A stretch of DNA of 64,000 nucleotides, counting the filler, from Stramenopiles sp. TOSAG23-2 (lineage: Eukaryota): assembly GCA_900128395.1 (NCBI GenBank). It is 5 parts of 5 records of this genome, joined end to end, with 100 filler letters (N's around TTAATTAATTAA, not from the genome) between each part and the next. Parts side by side here need not be neighbours in the genome. Positions count along the whole stretch, not along the records: positions 53,240 to 64,000 come from LT649993.1; 4 more parts are not named here. One strand, given 5' to 3'. Of this stretch, positions 56,401-64,000 are shown one piece after another; positions within the stretch are counted from its first letter, which is position 1; each line of letters starts with the position of its first letter. The notes beneath the pieces are model-generated. The model saw only the letters and a list, made by a program, of their open reading frames with translations, did not search any database and was not told the origin of the DNA. The position numbers and the translations under genes are program-made.

Positions 56401-58562
56401 TGCCACCAATTGAAGAATTATTGGAAACTTATTTGTTGGAACCTGCTATTGCATTTGCGCTTGCACAACCTAGCTTTAAGCTATTAACTTCGCCCGATGG
56501 AAAAGGGCAGATAAAATCCGTAATTGCAAACTTAAAGAAAAACTGGGGGTATCAAAATTTGTCCAAAAAACTACCAAATTATTTATCATCGGATGTACTT
56601 GAGCATATATCAGTCGATTTGTATTTATCTTTCTGGACGATGAATATTTATGATTTGTATTATCCAAAAAAACGTTATGAATCTGAGTTGAAGACTATAC
56701 AAAGTGATATACAAAAAATAAGAAACAATGGCAGACTATCAAATTCAGAGAAAAAAACAATTAGAAAGAAAGAAAGCGTCATGAAAACGCTAAAAGAGGA
56801 AATGAAAGCGCAACAATTGCATGTAGAAAAGACAATAAAGATGTTGAAATCAAAAAAAGAGAAATGGGTTTCCGGAACAGGGGCTAATGATAAAACAGTG
56901 GAAATGTTTTTACAGCATTGCATAATGCCAAGGCTACAACAAGGTCCAGAAGATGCATTTTATTGTTCGTTATTTACCAACTTGTTGCACGATTCAAACA
57001 CTTTAGGGTGGAATAGTTTACATTATAATGACCAGATTCTTAAATGTGTCCCATTGATGGTTCATTGTTCCACAGAGCGAGAGGCTGCAAGCATTGGGTT
57101 GTTTTTGTCTGAAACTATTATTCCTTTGAACAAATGGTGTAAAGAGGAGGAATATAAAACAAATTGCATGGTAAAATCCAATGTATTCCGAAAAGATTTT
57201 GCGAATCATCAAAATGAAGTTGAAAGCATAGAATTTGAATTTTATAAGAAAGGCTTCAAATTTTGGAACAAGCTTATTACAAAAGTGTTTTTAGCTGCAT
57301 TGACTGGCAATGTCTATTTAACAGTGCGGAATACGCTATTGGTTATGTCTAAAATAGTCTACCAATACCCAAATGATAAGAAAACAATGTCGAAAATTGT
57401 CAATGTTGTCAATAAGTTGGTTGAAACTGAGAAAAAAGCTGATATTAAAACAGTTGCAAAAAATTACGGTGTGATGCTGCAGAAACGAAAGAAGGAAGAT
57501 CCAACTTTAGATGCAAATCCACCGCAGAAAAAAGCAGTAAAAAAAGAATACAATTTTGATGATGAAGCAAGTGCAGTTTCGGTGATGAGGGCGGCCATTA
57601 ATAACGAGGGCGATAAGAAATTGAGAAAAGAATTCATGAGCCCTGTGGCAAAAGATTTTAAACCTGCTGCAAAGACAGGATCGCCAAGTGCATTGAAGAA
57701 AACTGGGGGAAAAGAAGAAATTGAAGATGGCGAGCTTAAACCATCAACAACTATAAAAGATACATCCCACAATGATAAAAATGACAATTTCAGAGGGAAA
57801 ACAAATAACATGAAAAGGAAAAGATGGGTGGGTGAAGGCAATAGTAATAATAGTAGCAACAGCAACAACAACGATAGTAGGGATGGAAGAAGTGGTCAGG
57901 GTCGATGGGGTGATCCAGGAAAGAATGGTAGTCGTAGATGGAGTAACGAAGGTAACGGTAACCGTAGAAACAGTGGTGGTTGGGGTGATCGTAGTGGTAA
58001 CCGAGATCGTTTACCACCACCAAGTACTAATAATAATAGAAATCATAATAATAAGAGATGGTCAGAAAGTAGTAAGAAAGATGGATCCTCGTCGTCGTCA
58101 TCGATTCGACATTCGTCATCACAAAAGCCCCCATCGCGTCCTTCATCTTCAGCAGCTGACAAAAGTAGAAACAATGAACAACGTCGTTGGGGAAATGATA
58201 GTAAAAATGATAATAAAAATGATAGTAGAAGTAGTAACAATAACCAACGTACAGGTAATAAGAATGGGAATAATGCAAGGCCAGCGCCATCCACCAATAA
58301 ACCTCCATCTCGTCCTACTTCATCCAATGATAACAGAAATAATAATAATAAACGAAAAAGAGGTACATCCCCACAACCACCACCGAGTAATAATAACAAC
58401 AACAACAATAAACGTGCACGTATTGGTGGTAATGATAAAAAACCAAGTGGGACTTTCCGTAGAGGCGGTGGAAACAATAATAACAATAATAACAGAAGTC
58501 GCGGTGGCAATCGCAATGGTGGCGGTGGTGCTGGTAGAAGTGGTAATAGAAGACGACAAATA
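53451..58562 (+). CDS. THOC2: THO complex subunit 2; 2 exons, 3' end runs into an N gap
   Basis: YYTQQNYNLLGEESEGFAK, SLIGYFNLDPNR and IEIYDNMIQPVVESFKYL. The GT-AG intron 55642-55779 joins LSPLS|YDVV. Then KSDGTNVSSWLQSLS.F.G, FLQHCIMPR and a low-complexity R/N/G tail. Confidence 0.95.
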
Positions 58563-58999
58563 NNNNNNNNNNNNNNNNNNNNNNNNNNNNNNNNNNNNNN
58601 NNNNNNNNNTATATTATAATATCCGAAGGGTGTGATGAGTCCAAAAGTATTATATTCCATTTTTAACATATTTTAATTATTTTCTTTTAATTATCCATTG
58701 TTCCAGATTATTAATAATATTTGATTATATATTATTTTCATAATATTTTTATTACATTAATATCCACTTACATAATCAAAAAAAACATTATGGAACAAAA
58801 GAAGAAGTCTCTTATACTATAAGTAGTTTGCTGCAAATTGAAAAAATGCTGCTGCAACAACAAAATCATCAATTATTTATCAAAAATCAATCAAAAATAT
58901 AATTGTAGAAGAGATAAAATAGAATCACTATATTTCGAAATGAACAAAAGAATATGGAGAGATAGATATTGTGGACACGAACAAAAACGATATAAAACA

Positions 59000-60091
59000 A
59001 TGAGACGTGTAGTTAGTGTTCCAACATTAGCAGCGAAAGAGAAGAAGAAAGCGGATCATCATGGGGAGGGTAATACAACATCTGCAAGGGAAAAATCATT
59101 AGATAATAATAATACTAGGGAAGATTTGAATACACCAACAAGTTCTGATATAAATTATAGACCAAATCCCTCACCACCAAATGATGATAACGATATAAAT
59201 TTTAGTAGACCGTCATCTGGTGAATTGACATTTGATGATTATCAAAACTTTGAATATTTTGAAGCCACATCAGAAAGTCCAATCAGTCTAGAACAGGAAT
59301 ATTACAATAATATTTCAAATACAAACATTAATAATATACATATGAATAATAGTCATAAAAATAACTCCAATAATAATCTTAGCCAAACGAGTCATAATAG
59401 TAGTAATAGTAATTTATCGGAAATGAATTTTAGCAGCAATATCAATGCCAATGGCTCAAGTGCAGAGAAAGGGTCATCCTTACGTGTGCATGCATTAAAT
59501 GGCAAGTTAAGGGAATACGAGTCGCCCAAATTGACTGAAGTATATGGTTTTGTTGGATGGATGGTTTCATGGTTGGCACTATTTATATTTTTATTATGGG
59601 CATTTTTACCTGAAGAATATTGGAATGAGTTTGGTGTTACATATTATCCAAATAAATATTGGGCACTTGCTATACCAGCATATTTGTTAATGTCATATTT
59701 TTTTCTTTGTGTTGTCCATGTAGGTATTGCACTTATGCGTACACCAGCTTTTTCTAGTGCTGCATTGATTTCAGATGAATTTACTAGAGAAGCTCGTGAT
59801 TTTACTAGATTGGCAAAATCATCGAAATCAACAGTTGGTACACCTGAAATTTATGATATTCCGTTGAGTGTTACAAATAGATTAATATATTCAAAGCGAG
59901 GGAAACTTGAAAGTGGGTATAAAAATACAAGATATCGTTATCGTTTCGGTCAATCTCGCTCTGTAATGAAAAGTCATCGTGGTGTTTCTATGAAACAAAA
60001 TGGTAATAATAAAAATATGTCACCAGCAGCGTCCTCTTCCATTTTTCCTACTGATGGGTTACAAAGAATTAGAAGTTTACCAACACGTTAA
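59000..60091 (+). CDS. PIGP: PIG-P domain protein (GPI-GlcNAc transferase subunit P) with long low-complexity extensions
   Basis: EVYGFVGW...FLLWAFLPE....GVTYYPNKYWALAIP and IYDIPLSVTN. The start is uncertain: ATG at 59000 is likely, while the ORF track opens at 58838. Confidence 0.82.
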   Translation: MRRVVSVPTLAAKEKKKADHHGEGNTTSAREKSLDNNNTREDLNTPTSSDINYRPNPSPPNDDNDINFSRPSSGELTFDDYQNFEYFEATSESPISLEQEYYNNISNTNINNIHMNNSHKNNSNNNLSQTSHNSSNSNLSEMNFSSNINANGSSAEKGSSLRVHALNGKLREYESPKLTEVYGFVGWMVSWLALFIFLLWAFLPEEYWNEFGVTYYPNKYWALAIPAYLLMSYFFLCVVHVGIALMRTPAFSSAALISDEFTREARDFTRLAKSSKSTVGTPEIYDIPLSVTNRLIYSKRGKLESGYKNTRYRYRFGQSRSVMKSHRGVSMKQNGNNKNMSPAASSSIFPTDGLQRIRSLPTR

Positions 60092-60423
60092 AAAAGTGTA
60101 ATACGAAGTATCATATATAAAATATTCAGTTAATATTTTAATCAAGTTTTTGACATATGCAATAAAAATATTTTTTACGCCGGTGTAATTGACACTCTAA
60201 TATATATATATATATATTTAAATATATTAATTTGACTCTCTTTATTTACACCTACTTGGATATGCTATACGAGCGTATTTTTTATGCGAATCAATAATAA
60301 ATAGATTTGGACCAGGAAATGCCTCTGGTGTCCAGAGAAACCTAGACGACTATACAAGTGTGTTACTTATATTTTTTTTAAATAATATTTTTTAATAAAA
60401 TATTTAATCTCTCGTGATATTTT

Positions 60424-61693
60424 TTAATCTATAAATGCTGAACTACGAACTTCGTTTATTTTCTTTTGTTTATTTGGTGGTGGAGATTTTGGTGGTGGTG
60501 TACTTGAAAAATCATCTTCTTTTACATTATTAGTCGGGTAAATCTTTGCATCGTTTTTCTTTGTTTCTTTTTTTATACAACAACTGCACATATTTTCGTA
60601 AAGTATCGCTTGGACACTTTCTGTTGATTTATAAAATGTATAAACAAAAGCAACAAATATGGAACAATTTATTAAAATTAATAAAGATGCCATTAGATGT
60701 GATTCATAATATCCTTTATTAACATCGTCCGAACGCAATGCAAGACCACTTAATAATGTTAACAAAATGGTAATCGTCGCTACAAACTGTAAAAAATCAT
60801 CTTCATCTTCATTATACGGCTCAAATTTCAAAACTAAACATAAATATACTAATGTAATTAAAATACCTAACAAAATTTGTGCACTACTACCTGGGGCTAA
60901 TAAAACTAATCCACCTGTTAACATCATTTTTTTAATCATCTCTATACATTCCCAATAATAAAATCGAGTTTCATATTGTCCATATAACGAACCAATTTCT
61001 TTTGTTAATAATTCTTGCTGCTCTATCATAGAATCGCTTGTACTTTGTATGATCTTTCTATTCCTAAATAAGATTATGAAGCTTATCATTGGTATACCAA
61101 TTACATATACAAAGATACATGCACTTGCAATTGTACTATAAAATATATGAATACCTTGGTAACATCTTATACTCATATCATTTGCCAAATAGTATTCTCC
61201 GCTATCGACTGGGATGCATTTAAAGATGGAAAATATTTTCACACTGAGCCCTGGATACATTAGAAAAACAATTATATTTACCAGCCTAAACATGCGTTCT
61301 TTAATTGCATTTCTTTTTAATTTATACAATTTATCTTTTTTACACCCTGTTATACAAAAACTAACAAGAAAATGTAACAAAAACAATACAAATATTAAAA
61401 GTGGCACAGCAAAAATATGATACGTAAATCGTTGTAAAAACGGTGCATGTAAAGAACATGGCTATTGTGAGGGATACAACGGGTGTTAGAAATGAATGAC
61501 TGTATAAAGAACTTAAGAAGCAGAGAAGAACTTACATCCGTGATGGCGCATTTACCTCGCTAGATATTTCCGTCGGTATTGTATCACTACAGGATGATGG
61601 AGTAGGAGATTGAGCAATTATAGATGATGTAAAACAACATCCTATTATCACAATAATAATAATAATAATTAAAATTCGTATATTCAAATTCAT
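60424..61693 (-). CDS. Multi-TM membrane protein related to the C-terminal domain of the large receptor-like family; probably 2 exons
   Basis: The ORF has YPGLS.KIFSIFKC, YYL..D.SI.C, GSLY.QYE..FYYWE.IEMIKKM.LTG and PY...EDD.LQ. A signal-peptide exon (61693-61556) joins in frame through a GT-AG intron 61462-61555 with a ttctaac branch site. Confidence 0.65.
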
Positions 61694-62179
61694 TTATGTA
61701 TTAAAATATAAATAAAATTAAATATATCAATTCTAATGAAGGAAACTTTTATGAGTTAATATTGATATAATATTTTAATAAAACGATATATTATTATTTT
61801 TAATTTCAATCGCCAGAGATATTTATTGATATTTATAAATATATAATATATTGATGAAAATCAACTACAACAGAGATATTTATGATATTATTAATATATA
61901 TATTGTGATGGAAGTCGGCTACAACAGACAATGTTATAACATACTGTCCATCGATATGTACATGTGATCCAAATATTATATTATTTAAATACTCGTATAT
62001 ATATTGTGCTGGTTTAAACACATGTACAAAAATGTATAACGTCTTTTTTCGTTCTTCAAAATGTTAAAAAACTATAATATAAAATAGGTTAAGGTAAATT
62101 TACCGCAAAAATAAAAAAACTTATGACCAAACATTTAGAGTTAAAAAGGGTAGAGCTACTTCTTACACACACACAGATT

Positions 62180-64000
62180 TTACAACGTCATATTCATAGG
62201 ATCTTTTATTGCATCCATTATATTTGCGGGTGGTCGATAGACATCTTCTTCAGGTGGGCCTGCTTCTCCCCATTTTTCAAACAGTCTTCGTTCTTCTTCC
62301 TCGGCTAATCTTTGTTCATATTTCAAAAATTCCTCTTGTTGCAATTGTCTAAATAATGGTGACATAGTATCAGGTGATTTTGCACGACGACGATCGGCTT
62401 GTTGTACTCTACTTTCATCTTCCACATCGTCTTCAGTTTCATCCCATAGAAATCCAACTTGTTCAAGCGATTCTATTTTTGCTTGTCGATCAATTTCATT
62501 TGCAAATACTTCTTTATTTAATTTCCCTTCATATGCATTTAATGGTAATGGTGCTAATTTGATCGGTGATGGTGACTTCATACGCTTGACTCGTTTATCT
62601 CTATTTCTATTACGCACCATGCGAGCTTGATGAAGTGCCTCTTCATAATCATCTTTCCATGTTTCATCATGAACCAATGCTGCTGTACTTTTTCTATTTC
62701 TAAATCTAGCAGAATCATCCACTGAATATAAAACTTCCCGTTTCGCCCTGCTACTTTTAGGAGATGTTTTAATTGGACTAACATATGCTGGTGTAAGTAT
62801 TGATCTTCCAGTACTAGTAACCACTTTATTTTTGTTTTTCAAATCACTAATTGTTGTATCATCTAATAATTTGATTTCATGGGAGCGTTTTAAATTTTGT
62901 ATAAAGTGTTCCACGGCTATAATTGTCCTTGGCGGGTTTGGGGCATCTCGACGTTTGAAATCTACTGCTTTTAACCATTGTTCTAATTTATCTCTGCGAT
63001 CATATGCACTCATTGGACATCGTTCCCCAGCTGCAACTAATGCTACTCGTATAAGACGATCTTGTTCATTAACAGTTAATCTACGGAATAATGTTGATAC
63101 ACGTTTTGCTGGATCCCATCTTCTTTTCGCAGTTTCTGCTAGTTTTTCTGCTTTCATTCTTCGCTCAGTAGCCATTTTCAATCGATCGTTTGTGAATGTT
63201 TTCCCATACAAACGTTGTTGTGCCCATTGTTTCTCTCGTTTTTCATGTCGTTTTTCTGCACGTTTCTTTCGTAAAATAATATCTTTTTTCAAATCTTCAA
63301 TTTGCTTTGCTATGTTTTTCTCAATTTGCTCATGTTGCTGTTTCGTTAAACGTTGTGATGGTCTGGGTGGTATATGTAAATATGGCTCGTTATATAAATT
63401 GTCATCTTCTTTTTTACGTTTAACAGCTTCAATATCAGGAGACCATTTTTTCTTTGCTTTGAAATATTTCTTATTATATCTTTCTCGTGCTAATTTCATA
63501 TTTGGCTTTCGTTTTGGTTTAAATCCATTTACTAAAACATCACGTATACATGGCATGAAATTATCTAACTTCTTTAAAAGTTGCAATGCTTCACTCATTT
63601 CATTTAACATTCGAATAGATGAGACATCCAATTTTACAGGTTGTTCCTCTGTTAGATTTGATTTATCGTTCATTTCACCTATCAAATTACGTTTTGCTTC
63701 TTGCATTCTAGTTTTAACAGTTCGTGTAACACTTGTCAAACGCTGTACTAATGTTTTATTTTCCAAATTATTCATTTCATCATAATAATTTAAACTATCT
63801 TCATGAAATTCTTCTTTTCTTCTTTTTAATACTTTTGCTGCTTTTCTTCGTTCTCTTTCTCTTCTTTCATGTTCTTCTTTTGCAGCTAATTCTTGCTGGC
63901 GTATATTTTCTGCAATTGCTTCTTCCAACGTTAATGCTGGTTCGCCATTATTATTATTTATACCTCCCATTCCATCATCTTCCTCATCTCCACTGGCAAC
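62180..64000 (-). CDS. Hypothetical charged coiled-coil protein (>=596 aa, probably 5'-truncated)
   Basis: Long ORF whose frame stays open to the window edge; E/K/R-rich; no family recognised. Confidence 0.75.
   Translation of the reverse strand, partial: VASGDEEDDGMGGINNNNGEPALTLEEAIAENIRQQELAAKEEHERRERERRKAAKVLKRRKEEFHEDSLNYYDEMNNLENKTLVQRLTSVTRTVKTRMQEAKRNLIGEMNDKSNLTEEQPVKLDVSSIRMLNEMSEALQLLKKLDNFMPCIRDVLVNGFKPKRKPNMKLARERYNKKYFKAKKKWSPDIEAVKRKKEDDNLYNEPYLHIPPRPSQRLTKQQHEQIEKNIAKQIEDLKKDIILRKKRAEKRHEKREKQWAQQRLYGKTFTNDRLKMATERRMKAEKLAETAKRRWDPAKRVSTLFRRLTVNEQDRLIRVALVAAGERCPMSAYDRRDKLEQWLKAVDFKRRDAPNPPRTIIAVEHFIQNLKRSHEIKLLDDTTISDLKNKNKVVTSTGRSILTPAYVSPIKTSPKSSRAKREVLYSVDDSARFRNRKSTAALVHDETWKDDYEEALHQARMVRNRNRDKRVKRMKSPSPIKLAPLPLNAYEGKLNKEVFANEIDRQAKIESLEQVGFLWDETEDDVEDESRVQQADRRRAKSPDTMSPLFRQLQQEEFLKYEQRLAEEEERRLFEKWGEAGPPEEDVYRPPANIMDAIKDPMNMTL

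Noticed and set aside
62832..63785. 317-aa plus-strand ORF and similar long antisense ORFs (e.g. 57832-58635 in an alternative frame, 42774-43316 antisense)
   Set aside because: Shadow frames of charged or low-complexity real genes, with no independent motifs.
1..64000. tRNA, rRNA or CRISPR loci
   Set aside because: None recognised by eye; a tRNAscan-SE/Infernal run would be needed to exclude small ncRNAs.

Overview
AT-rich, intron-poor eukaryotic nuclear DNA. The gene content and domain repertoire suggest a marine protist, probably a stramenopile, but that is inference. The window is not one locus. It is five unlinked contigs of about 13.2 kb joined by artificial 100-nt N44-TTAATTAATTAA-N44 linkers at 13232, 26543, 39849 and 53140, so adjacency across linkers means nothing. 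Recognisable housekeeping genes: MIOS, a GIGYF-like GYF protein, CAND1, THOC2, PIG-P, a purple acid phosphatase and a parvulin. There are also large surface-protein genes: a >2900-aa Cys-rich protein, a collagen-like protein and an IPT/TIG multi-TM protein. The most unusual observations are: (1) a ~7.9-kb intronless mosaic gene combining two RPA70N-type OB folds, RRM, ankyrin, cyclin, ARM, EF-hand-like, RBR E3 ligase and MATH modules; (2) a TMCO4/DUF726 hydrolase fused to a gammaproteobacterial YqfB-like ASCH domain; (3) an 'armless' HU/IHF-like small protein; (4) an orphan RNA-polymerase second-subunit fragment and an ankyrin fragment, both missed by the ORF track and possibly a viral relic; (5) frustulin-type CEGDCD domains in the giant adhesin; (6) two conserved non-coding motifs that recur downstream of genes and follow gene orientation.
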